Of a DNA stretch of 64,000 nucleotides, positions 1 through 10,900 are shown piece by piece. The notes below the pieces were generated by a model. The model ran no database searches, was not told where the DNA came from, and was given only the letters and a program-made list of their open reading frames with translations. A program made the translations under genes and the position numbers. This DNA is from Mustelus asterias (Eukaryota), in assembly GCF_964213995.1 (NCBI RefSeq), contig NC_135808.1:24428001-24492000 (forward strand). The letters are read 5' to 3'. Numbering within the stretch: the first letter of the stretch is position 1; each line of letters starts with the position of its first letter.

Positions 1-507
1 CACTCCCCCCTCACTCACCGACTCTCACTCCCCCCCTCACTCACCGACTCTCACTCCCCCCCCTCACTCACCGACTCTCACTCCCCCCCTCACTCACCAA
101 CTCTCACTCCCCCCTAACTCAACGACTCTCACTCCCCCCCCCTCACTCACCGACTCTCAGTCCCCCCTCACTCACCGACTCTCACTCCCCCCCTCACTCA
201 CCGACTCTCACTCCCCCCCTCACTCACCGACTCTCACTCCCCCCTCACTCACCGACTCTCACTCCCCCCTCACTCACCGACTCTCACTCCCCCCTCACTC
301 ACCGACTCTCACTCCCCCCCTCACTCACCGACTCTCACTCCCCCCCTCACTCACTGACTCTCACTCCCCCCCTCACTCACCGACTCTCACACCCCCCCTC
401 ACTCACCGACTCTCACTCCCCCCCTCACTCACCGACTCTCACTCCCCCCTCACTCACCGACTCTCACTCCCCCCTCTCTCACCGACTCTCACTCCCCCCT
501 CACTCAC
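1..507. repeat. Minisatellite, ~25-27 bp unit (ctcactcaccgactctcactccccc), in intron 3 of class I gene A
   Basis: About 19-20 near-perfect tandem units abutting the exon 3 donor; continues past the window start. Confidence 0.97.
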
Positions 508-783
508 CGACTCCCAGCTGTTGCTGTCCATATTCCAAGTAGATCTTCAGCCATTCAATGCACTCCTGCTCCAGGTAAAACTTCCACTGCTGATTATCCC
601 AGGCCCTGATTTGTTGCCACCACGTCATGGTGTTCTCACCCCACGGTACCGGTGTCAGCCATACCTGCTCATCTTTATCAAATGTCATGAAATCTTGCCC
701 GTCCCAGCCGAACTGTGAGAAGCCACTCGTCATCGAATCATCTGCCAGGTCACAGCCAGTTATCATCTGGAAGAAGTGGATCC
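508..783 (-). CDS. MHC class I gene A, exon 3 (alpha2 domain)
   Basis: 276 nt, acag|GG...G|GTGAGT phase-1 junctions; GIHFFQMITGCDL...GWDGQDFMTFDKD...YLEQECIEWLKIYLEYG with C101/C164 equivalents. Confidence 0.95.
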
Positions 784-925
784 CTGTCAATCAGACGTAT
801 ACGACCAATGAGGCTCAGTTTGACTGAGTGACCCCACCACACAGTTAATCAGATATCACCTCGGAAGCCAGTGTTAATGGACCCCTGGACCGCAATATGT
901 GTATTTATAAGACTCCTTAACATGT

Positions 926-1223
926 CATAGAATCCCTACAGTGCAGAAGGAGGCCATTCAGCCCATCGAGTCTGCACCGGCCACAATCCCACCCAGGCCC
1001 TATTCCCGTACCCCCACATATTTATCCTGCTAATCCCCTGACGCTAGGGTCAATTTAGCATGGCCAATCAACCTAACCTGCACATCCTTGGTCTGTGGGA
1101 GGAAACGGGAGCACCCGGAGGTAACCCACGCAGACACGAGGAGAACGTACAAACTCCACACAGACCTGAGGCCGGAATTGAACCCTGGCGCTGTGAGGCA
1201 GCAGTGCTAACCACTGTGCCACC
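926..1223 (-). mobile_element. tRNA-derived V-SINE (HE1-like) with CR1-type tail
   Basis: Reverse complement of GGTGGCACAGTGGTTAGCACTGCTGCCTCACAGC head, central domain, and GCACTGTAGGGATTCTATG tail. Confidence 0.85.
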
Positions 1224-1624
1224 CCATGTAAATGATCCGCGAACCAAACCTATATTTAAAGGACCCCCCTGAACCTCGGACTAAGATTTAATTTGTCTGC
1301 AACTCCACACTACTAGACTCCCAATTGAAATATTTTAAGGAGACCTTCATCCACCAAATTCCCAATCATTATCGTCGTCATTTATTCATTCCTTTGAGTT
1401 CATGCTGGCTCTCTATATTGCAAACTGGTCAGTGTCATCCCCCCCGCTCTATCCCCACAGTGCTGACTATCTATTACTTTGATGTCCGATTCAATTTCCT
1501 TTTGAAGTCATTGATCGTCCCTGCTTCCATCGCCCTCACAGGCCAACAATCCCAGGTGTCTGCCAAGCACTTTGTGGAGAGGATTTTCCTGCATCTCCTT
1601 CCCAAAACCTGAAATCTGTGCCCC

Positions 1625-1972
1625 CACGGTGGCACAGTGGTTAGCACTGCTGCCTCACAGCGTCAGGGGCCTGGGTTTGATTCCGGCCTCGGGTCACTGT
1701 CTGCGTGGAGTTTGTACGATTTCCCCGTGTCTGCCTCCGGGTGCTCTGGTTTCCTCCCACAGTCAGAAAGACGTGCTGGTTAGGTGCATTGGCCATTTGG
1801 CCCATCGAGTCTGCGCCGACCACAATCTGCACCATATTCCCGTAACCCCACATATTTATCCTCTCCCTCAGTGTATCGAACAGCTGCCGGAGTGTGGCGA
1901 CGAGGGGGTTTTCACAGTAACTTCATTGCAGTGTTAATGTAAGCCTGCTTGTGACACCAATAAATAAACTTA
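1625..1972 (+). mobile_element. HE1-like SINE, alternative tail (...CTTGTGACACCAATAAATAAACTT), with internal inverted piece
   Basis: A/B-box head at 1625; tail shared with copies at 10388, 36970, 51470, 59589. Confidence 0.8.
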
Positions 1973-2161
1973 AATTATAAACCAAACCTTGTACAATCAG
2001 CTAATTAGGAAGAATATTTCTTTGTATTTAAAGGGTGCTCCCCATTGCTGCCGCTCCATGCTCGAGGCGATGGAGAAACTTTTCCCCTGACCCTGGTTCT
2101 CGGATCTCATTCTGCTTCCAACCTCTCTCGAAGGACAGATGGTGGGAGCGCAGGGACTCAC

Positions 2162-2422
2162 CGTCTGACTGGTTGGTCCGGGACATGAGGCTCTGAATGT
2201 AGAATTTAAAATGTTTCTCCTTCTCCCGTGCAAGCACTGTCTTCCGCATCCAGAAATTGGGCCTCTTGTTCTCCATATACCACTGCCCACGGCCGGCCAA
2301 CTCCTTCAAGTCACTGTCATACATAAAAAACTGCACATCGTCCACAAACCCGACAATCACAAACTCTGGGAGACCAGAGACCGGAGTCATAACAGTGGCC
2401 AAATATCGGAGAGAGTGAGAAC
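2162..2422 (-). CDS. MHC class I gene A, exon 2 (alpha1 domain)
   Basis: 261 nt, ttcag|GT...G|GTGAGT; GSHSLRY...PEFVIVGFVDD...YDSD...LMSRTNQS with N86 glycosylation site. Confidence 0.95.
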
Positions 2423-2427
2423 CTGAA

Positions 2428-2770
2428 ACACAGAGAGAGAGACACCAGGGTGTGAACCCCAAAACACCAACACCCAGAGAGAGAGAGACATCAGGGTGTG
2501 AACCCCAAAACACCAACACCCAGAGAGAGAGAGAGAGACATCAGGGTGTGAACCCCAAAACACCAACACCCAGAGAGAGAGAGAGACATCAGGGTGTGAA
2601 CCCCAAAACACCAACACCCAGAGAGAGAGAGACATCAGGGTGTGAACCCCAAAACACCAACACCCAGAGAGAGAAAGAGAGACATCAGGGTGTGAACCCA
2701 AAACACCAACACCCAGAGAGAGAGAGAGAGAGAGACATCAGGGTGTGAACCCCCAAACACCAACACCCAG
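2428..2770. repeat. Minisatellite, ~44-52 bp unit ((ga)n catcagggtgtgaaccccaaaacaccaacaccca), next to the exon 2 acceptor
   Basis: About 7 tandem units with variable GA tract. Confidence 0.95.
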
Positions 2771-3835
2771 AGAACAAAGAACAAAGAAAATTACAGCACA
2801 GGAACAGGCCTTTCGGCCCTCCAAGCCTGCACCGACCGTGCTGCCTGACTTAACTAAAACCCCCTACCTTCCGGGGACCATATCCCTCTATTCCCATCTC
2901 ATTCATGGATTTGTCCAGACGCCCCTTAAAAGTCACTACTGTATCCACTTCCACTACCTCCCCCAGCAACGGGTTCCAGGCACCCACTACTCTCTGTGTA
3001 AAAATTCTGCCTTGGACATCTCCTTTAAACCTTGCCCCTCACACCTTAAACCTATGCTCCCCAGTCATTGACTCTTCCACCCTGGGAAAAAACTTCTGAC
3101 TATCCACTCTGCCATTGCCTCTCAGAATCTTGTAGACTTCTATCACATCTCCCCTCAACCTCCGTCGCTCCAGTGAGAACAAACGAAGTTTCTCCAAACT
3201 CTCCTCATAGCTAACTCCCTCCATACCAGGTAACATCCTGGTAAATCTTTTCTGTACCCTCTCCAAAGCCTCCACATCCTTCTGATAGTGTGGTGATCAG
3301 AATTGAACACTATATTCCAAGTGTCGATGAAGGTAAGCATGCTATATGCCTTCTTGACTACCTTCTCCACCTGCATTGCCACTTTGTGACCTGTGTACCT
3401 GTACAGCCAGATCCCTTTGCCTATCAATACTCTTAAGGGTTCTGCCATTCACTGTATATTTCCTATCTGTATTAGACCTTCCAAAATTACCTCATATTTG
3501 TCCGGATTAAACTCCATCTGCCATCTCTCCGCCCAAGTCTCCAACTAATCATATCCTGCTGTATCCTCTGATGGTCCTCATCACTATCCGCAAATCCACC
3601 AACCTTTGTGTCGTCCGCAACCTGACTAATCAATCCCGTTACATTTTCCTCCAAATCATTTATATGTATTACAAACAGCAAAGATTCCAGCACTGATCCC
3701 TGAGGAATGCCACTTGTCACAGCCCTCCATTCAGAAACGCACCCTTCCACTGCTACCTTCTGTCTTCTTTTACCGAGCCAGTTTTGTATCCACCTTGCCA
3801 GCTCACCTCTGATCTCATGCAACTTCACCTTCTGG
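2771..3835 (-). mobile_element. 5'-truncated CR1/HER1 LINE
   Basis: RT C-terminal fragments (PQGSVL, ADDTK, LERVQKRFTRML); 3' tail (gttcttt)n at the 2771 end. Confidence 0.9.
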
Positions 3836-4976
3836 AAACACATTTAACACAATCCCCACGCACCTACCCCAACAAAGACCGAGGCTTCCAATGCTCCTCG
3901 ATCTCCCTCCTGCCTCCTCAAAATCTGTCATCTCCTGTCCACATCGCTCACTCTACCCTGATCAGGGACTCCGTGTCCCAACTGGACCCCCTCAATTCTC
4001 CCACAGAAACAGGGGAAATGTGGACAGAGAGAAGCTGGGAACAACTTTGGACTGTTCACTTAAAGGAGTTCGTGGCCAGATGGGTATCCATAAGATACCA
4101 GTGTCAGGGATAGGTTATTAGTCACCTTCTATTTAAGTCCTAAATTGGCTGTTAATCATTTAATAGAAGTCACTAGGATAGATAAAGAGGTTACAGGTGA
4201 CATTGGGTGTTGGGATGTGTATGTGGAGTTTTAAAAGAGAATAGAGGATTGGAGTGTTACTGACCCTTTTAATTCCATTTTGATTTAATGCTTTAAGTTT
4301 CCGTACTATTTTGCTTTTTGTTTTGGGCTGTTCCCTTCCTTTTGGGGGCTGCCTCTTTTAATTTGTCCCTCAGTTGATTTGATTTAGTTGAATCGGTTAG
4401 CCAAAAAAACCACTGGATATATAAAGAGGTTACAGGTGACAGTGTGTTGGGTGTGTGTATGTGGAGTTGTAAAAGGGAATAAAGTGAGTTTGTGAAGAAG
4501 CTGGACTTGTATCATTTACTGGACTGCAACAGAAAGGCTGAACAACCAGCAAAATGAAGATCCCAGCAAATGGTGATGGTTAAAAGAGCCCACTCTGTAC
4601 CAGGCTAAGGACTGTAGGAGCAGCATTGGTGTAGGGGTCTGCAGTGAAGGATAGGCACAGGAGCTGATTGAACACAGACCCTGTGTGCTGTGCTCCTGAG
4701 ATAAATACCTGAGTGAGATCCATGACTGGAAGCACGATCAGTGCCAGCAACATCCGTATAAGATGGAGAAACAAAGCAACATCAGCAGGAGTAACACAGG
4801 ATCATAATCATAATCCTTCGGAGTGCTGCTCCTTTGTCAGGTGAAGGGGAGCGAGGTGAGCAGGCACAGAATATATAGGTGGAGTGACGATAGTCTGACA
4901 CTTGCAGGTAATCAGGAGTATCAACGGATGAGTACAGACAGTAAGTAAGTCAGAGTGTTATAGTCTATATAACGAT

Positions 4977-5255
4977 GTGGTGGCACAGTGGTCAGCACTG
5001 CTGCCTCACAGTGTCAGGGACCCAGGTTCAATTCTGGCCCCTGGTCACTGTCTGTGGGTTTCCTCCAGGTGCTTTGGTTTTGTCCCTCACTCCAAATATG
5101 TGGGCCAGGTTGTTTAGCCATGCTAAATTGCCCCTTTAGTGTTTTGGGGATTAACAGTGTAAATATGTGGAGTTGCAGGTATAGGGCCTGGGTGGGCTTG
5201 TTGTTGGTGCAGGCTTGATGGGCTGAATGGCCTCCATCTGCACTGTAGGGATTCA
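4977..5255 (+). mobile_element. HE1-like SINE
   Basis: Head GTGGCACAGTGGTCAGCACTGCTGCCTCAC and tail GCACTGTAGGGATTC. Confidence 0.8.
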
Positions 5256-5363
5256 ATGATTATGCTTGTGTTGAAATACTTTGCGTATAACTAAGTCAGA
5301 GGTTGAATTCCTTGTGTGGAACAAAGTTTGATATTTGGTGTACGAAAGTTTGTGTTGTAGAAA

Positions 5364-5669
5364 TCATAGAAACACTACAATGCAGAAGGAGGCCATTTGG
5401 CCCATTGACTCTGCACTGACAACAATCCCACCCAAGCCCTATTCCTGTAACTCCCCATTTACCCCGCGAATGCCTCTAACCGACGCATCCCAGGGTACTT
5501 TAGCAATGCCAATCCACCTAACCGACACATCTTTGGAGTGTGGGAGGAAACCCACAGAGACACGGGGAGAACGTGCAAACTCCACACAGACAGTGACCCA
5601 AGCCAAGAACTGAACCTGGGTCCCTGGAGCTGTGAGGCAGCAGTGCTAACCACTGTGCCGCCAGGCTGC
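5364..5669 (-). mobile_element. HE1-like SINE
   Basis: Same head and tail on the minus strand. Confidence 0.8.
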
Positions 5670-6058
5670 CCCAAACTTTGGTACAGTACAATAAAGGAAA
5701 CATGTTGTACAATAATTTGAGGAGAGTTGGTTAGTTCAGTTATTGGACAGCTGGGGCAGAGCGATGCCAACAGCGTGGGTTCAATCCCTGTACCGGCTGA
5801 GGTTATTCATGAAGGCCCCACTTTCTCAACCTTGCTCCTCGCCTGAGGTGTGGTGATCCTCAGGTTAAATCACCACCAGACTCCTTTCCCTCTCTGCTTT
5901 GAGGAGAGCAACCTGTGGTCACCTGGGCCCGTGGCAACTTTACTTTAAACTTGAGAGTTTGAGCATCTTTATCCAAGGCATTAGTTGACCTGAGTTTGAG
6001 GACAACAATATTATAAGCTTGGAATTTGCCTATTTACATATCAAAGCAGGGAATGATA

Positions 6059-7930
6059 GAACAAAGAAAGGTACAGGAACAGGCCCTTCGGCCCTCCAAG
6101 TTTGTGCTGATCATGATGCTCTAACTAAACTTTGAAAAAAATCTTCTGTCCTTACTCGGTCCGTATCCCTCTATTCCCTCCCTAAACATGTCCCCATCCA
6201 GACACCTCTTAAATGTTGCTAACGTGCTTGCTTCCACCACATCCTTTGGCAGTGGGTTCCGGGCACCTACTACACTGCATGAAAAACTTCCCCTGCATTT
6301 CTCCCATAAACTTTCCCCCTGTCATCTTGAACCTGTGCCCTCTTGTAATTGACCTTTCCATTTGGAAAAATGCCTCTGACTATCCACCCTGTCTGTGCCC
6401 CTCATGGTTTTGTAGACCTCTATCAGGTTTCCCCTCAGCCTCCGTCTTTCCAGTGAAAACAATCCGAGTTTATTAATCCTCATAGCCAATGCCCTCGAGA
6501 CCAGGCAACATCCTCGTGAACCTTCTTTGCAATCTCTCCAAAGCTTCCATGTCCTTCTGGTCGTGTGGTGAGCAGAACTGCACGCAATACCCCAAATGCG
6601 GTCTGACCGAGGCTTTATATAGCTACAACACGATTTGCCAACTCTTGTACTCAATGTCCCAGCTGATGAAGGCAAGCATGCCATATGTCTTCTTAATCAC
6701 CTTGGCCACCTGTGTTGCCACTTTTAGGGAACTGTGGATCTGCACGCCCAGATCCCTCTGTACATTAATGTTCCTCAGGGTTCTGCTTTTTATTGTATAA
6801 TTCACACCTAAATTTGATCCTCCAAAATACATCACCTCGCATTTGTCCGGATTAAACTCCATTTGCCATTTCTGTGCCCAAGTCGCCAATCCAGCTATAT
6901 CCTGTTGTATCCTCGGCACTATCAGCAACTCCGCCAATCTTCATGTCATCCGCAAATGTACTCATCAGACCACCCACATCTTCCTCCATTTATATATACT
7001 ACAATCAGCAGAGGTCCCAGCACTGATCCCTGCAGAACACCACTAGCTACAGATCTCCATTCTGAAAAACACCCTTCCACCACTACTCTGTCTTCTATAA
7101 CAAAGTCAGTTCTGCATCCATTTAGCCAGCCCAAGCGAATCACGTGTGATTTTAGTTTTTGTACCAGTCTGCCATGTGGGACCTTGTCAAATGCCTTAGT
7201 AAAATCCATGTAAACGACATCCACAGCCCACCCTTCATCAATTTTCTTTGTCACCTCTTCAAAAAAAAGTAAATGAAATTGGTGAGACATGACCTTTCCC
7301 AAACAAACCATGCTGCCTGTCACTAACTAATCCATTTTCCTCAATGTGCATATACCCTGTCCCTTAGTATCTTCTCCGAAAGCTGCCCCACCACTGCGTC
7401 AGGCTCATTGACCAATAATTTCCTGGATTACCCCTGCTTCCTTTCTTAAACAAGGGAACAACGTTGGATATTCTCCAGTCCTCTGGAACCACACCTGTGG
7501 TCAAAGAGGATGTGAAGATACCAGTTAAGGTCCCAGCTATCTCTCCCCTTGCCTCCTGCAGTAACCTGGGATAGATCCCATCTGGCCCTGGGGACTTGTC
7601 TACCTTAATGCAATTTAGGATAGTCAGCACTTCCTCTTTTGATTATATTGACTTTCTCTGGAGTGTTCTCACACCTTTCCCTGACCTCAACCTCTGTCAT
7701 GTCCTTCTCCTTGGTGAATACCTGTACAAAGTATTCATTAAAGATCTACCCCGCTTCCTGTAGCTCCACACATAACTTCTCTCCATTGCCCTTCAGTGGG
7801 CCGACTCTTTCCCTTGCTCATCATATATGCATAAAAAGCTAAAGACATTTCACGGCTCCTTTTAGCCTCCTAATTCCACATTTGAGTTACTTCCTGCTTT
7901 CACTACACTCCAAGAGCTTCATCAATCTTT
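6059..7930 (-). mobile_element. Decayed CR1/HER1 LINE
   Basis: Frameshifted ORF2 fragments: KSPGPDGIYPR, DFTKAFDKVPH, QGSVLGP, WQMEFNPDKC. Confidence 0.9.
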
Positions 7931-8477
7931 TTGATAGTTAAGTGTGTGTTACCTCCTGCGGAAGTGCTTAAACAGAACTGACTTGTCCTTTTTAAATGCG
8001 AAATCTCATCAGGATAGCCTTTCAGCTTTTACTGGAAAACTTATCTTTAAAAGTTAACAATCTCTACAGCAGTTGTAAAATTGGGGCTTAAAAGTGTTAA
8101 ATATTATCAGGACAGTGTGTAGACTATATTCTTACATTCGTTGAGTGTTGGTGCTAACTTGGGTGTTTTACATGTCACAAGGGTTTGCGACAATCATTGT
8201 GGATAAACTATTTCAAGAACAAGGTGACAGAATCAAAGTCCACAGCCAGAGTGCCAGCAACTTATATATTGCACCTTACTTGTGGGGCAAGTGACATCAC
8301 CTTTCCTTATTTCTACAGCAGGAGAGTGCCCACAAAGTCGAGGAAAGGAGCCAGGTTGGTGGTGAAGTTCCGTTTCTGACATCCTCACGTCCAGGGAGGA
8401 GGTTCTGAAACTGGCAGGACAGCAGAGCAGATAATGAGGTACGATTGCGGTCGCAGAGCATAAGTGGGTTCATGATT

Positions 8478-8815
8478 GGCAGCACGGTGGCATTGGTTAG
8501 CACTGCTGCCTCACAGTGCCAGGGACCTGTGTTCAATTCCGGCCTTGGGTGACTGTCTGTGTGGAGTTTGCACGTTCGCCCCGTGCCTGCGTGGGTTTCC
8601 ACCAGGTGCTCCGGGTTGCTCCCACACTGCAAAGATGTGCAGAATAGGTGGATTGGCCAGGATAAATTGCCCCTTAAGACCAAAGATGTGTAGGTTAGGG
8701 TGATTAGTGGGGTAAATGTGTGGAGTTATAGGGATACGGCCTATGTAAGATGCTCTGTCGTAGAGTAGGTGTCGACTAGATGGGCCAAATGGCCTCCTTT
8801 TGCACTGTAGGGATT
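8478..8815 (+). mobile_element. HE1-like SINE
   Basis: Full head, central domain and CR1-type tail. Confidence 0.85.
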
Positions 8816-10023
8816 GTATAAACTGGAAGGAGGCAGCCTCAGGCAAGCATGTATATGGTGCTAATGTGTCTTCTCCACTCTGTGCACATTGAACTGAACT
8901 CCAGCTGAATCTACAAGCTCATTCTTGGAAGGGCAAAACCCTTTGATCTTTTCACTCCCTCTCTCGGGTATTTCATCAGAGCAGAGAGCTGACAACTGCA
9001 GCCAATAGTTGTCCACAAGTCAGGGTTAGGAGAGGACTGAATGGCCCCCTTCTATGCTGTATCATTTCTATGGTCCTGTGGACTTCAGAGGTGCAGTATC
9101 ATATCATCATTTCCCCACACCCTCTACCAGCGCAGACACTGTCACCATGGTGTGTGTGAGTTTGCGCTTAGATTCAATGTCACAACCTGGTGAGAACACG
9201 ACACGTGCCTGACCAGCTGTCGGATGTTCTAACAGACAAGGCCCCTGAAGCTTGGGAGGCGAGGACGATACAAAATCCCAGGCTGATGACAAGCTTCTGG
9301 AGTTGTCAGTAAGAGAACAGATGCTGGAGATTTGGTGTGAGGTGCATTAAGGTTGGAGAAGTCTATCCAAGCCATGAACGCTGCCATTTCCCCGCTTTGT
9401 GCACTTGCGGCCTTCTCCCTCGAGAGATTGCCAACTCTTGGAGATCCACATCCAGCAGATGGATGCTGGAGAATTGCGCAGGCAGTATGCCATTGGCTAG
9501 GCTCTCAGCTCAAGGGAGTTGTGGTAAGGGGAGAGGTGGGTGAGACACACATTCACCATCAGCTCCTTGTCTACTTCAGCGGGGAGGTACGAGTGTGTCG
9601 CCGCACCTCTGCCATTGACTTCAGTCGTCAAGGTGACAGAGGAGGTTCCAATATCTGTTCAGGAACCCCTCAGCATGATGGGACACTCCAGGTCTCAGGT
9701 CGCCAGAGGGCAGCTGCCAGCGGATGCCAGGCCACAGGACAGCAAGGTCAACCGACTGCTCTGCAATCTCTTTAAACTGTGAGCAAAGTCCCACTTTCAA
9801 GTCATCGAAAGATTACATAAGAACATAAGAAATAGGAGCAGGAGTAGGCCATCTAGCCCCTCGAGCCTGCCCCGCCATTCAATAAGATCATGGCTGATCT
9901 GAAGTGAATCAGTTCCACTTACCCGGCTGCTCCCCATAACCCTTAATTCCCTTACCGATCAGATTGAGGAATAATGCTCCAGTACCCAGCCTGGCATTGC
10001 CCCTCTCACACCCCATCACTCAC

Positions 10024-10072
10024 CTGCAGACACCTCTCCACACAGAAGGACCAGCTCTATCAGTCCAATCAT
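10024..10072 (-). CDS. MHC class I gene A, exon 1 (leader peptide MIGLIELVLLCGEVSA)
   Basis: 49 nt ATG...GCAG|GTGAGT, phase 1 joins exon 2 (G|GT); 48/49 nt identical to gene B exon 1. Joining it to exon 2 across a 7.6-kb TE-filled intron is inferred from paralogy. Confidence 0.85.
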
Positions 10073-10179
10073 TGCTGCTTCCCTCATGTTGGGGGAAACA
10101 TTTGGAGGAAACTCTTTTTCAAAGAAAGGCCATTTTCTCAACTCACTCCTTGTCTTTCCCTGTTTCCACTGAGCCTCAA

Positions 10180-10250
10180 TCTGATTGGGTCAGTCCTATT
10201 TTGTATCCAATCAGAATAAAGAGATTCAGTGAGTCATCAGTCTCCGGCAG
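10180..10250 (-). promoter_or_regulatory. MHC X1-X2-Y module plus proximal CCAAT, gene A
   Basis: Minus strand CCGGAGACTGA-TGACTCA (X1/X2-like; X2 at 10230-10236), then CTGATTGG Y box (10207-10214), then CCAATCAG (10181-10188); order and spacing as in MHC SXY promoters. Confidence 0.7.
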
Positions 10251-10387
10251 AATAGACACAAACAGGTTGAGAAACTTCCTCAATATTGAGAATTGTCCAA
10301 TCAGATAAATACAGCTGCTGACATCATCAGTTGCCGGGTAGAATGAGCTGGAAGGAATTTGATGCAGTGACAGAGGGAAGGACATTG

Positions 10388-10645
10388 AAAGTTTATTTAT
10401 TAGTCACAAGTAAGGATTACATTAACACTGCAATGAAGTTACTGGGAAATTCCCCTAGTCGCCACAGTCCGGTGCCTGTTCGGGTCAATGCACCTAACCA
10501 GCACGTCTTTCAGAATGTGGGAGGAAACCGGAGCACCCGGAGGAAACTTGCACAGACACTGGGAGAACGTGCAGGTTCCACACAGTGACCCAAGCCGGGA
10601 ATCGAACCCAGGTTCCTGGCACTGAGGCAGCAGTGCTAACTATTG
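10388..10645 (-). mobile_element. HE1-like SINE (AATAAATAAAC tail type)
   Basis: Head and tail match other copies. Confidence 0.75.
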
Positions 10646-10744
10646 TAGAGGAATCTTGTGGGAATAAACTTTCTGTGTTGTGTCTCTAGCAAAAACTAAG
10701 ATTTTGCAGAAGGTTATATACTGTATGCAAAGATAAAACTCACT

Positions 10745-10900
10745 CACATTCCAACCATTGTCTTGCGATTGAGTCTGTGTCTATATTGCCCTGTTTGTGA
10801 ACCCAACTCTCCACTCACCTGATGAAGGAGCAGCACTCCGAAAGCTCGTGCTACCAAATAAACCTGTTGGACTTTAACCTGGTGTTGTTGTGAGATTTCT
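10745..10900 (+). mobile_element. Penelope-like pLTR fragment with minimal hammerhead motif
   Basis: CAC-CTGATGA-AGGAGcagcaCTCC-GAAA-GCTC-GTG at 10816-10850, followed by the AATAAACCTGTTGGACTTTAACCTGG repeat shared with four other sites. Confidence 0.65.

Noticed and set aside
1-507. CRISPR-like appearance of the repeat arrays (also 2428-2770, 45005-46240, 46770-47274, 48270-48624)
   Set aside because: Head-to-tail units without unique spacers, no cas genes, vertebrate intronic context
2387-2748. Repetitive ORFs (GSHPDVSLSL.., NPKTPTPRERE..)
   Set aside because: Translations of the intronic minisatellite
4150-4780. ~70-bp direct repeat (4171-4241/4411-4481) and hydrophobic ORF 4580-4774
   Set aside because: Probably an old repeat or LTR remnant; no termini, TSD or splice context I could support
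9107-9782. Overlapping 60-140 aa ORFs in gene A intron 1
   Set aside because: No recognisable domain; possibly a decayed transposon fragment
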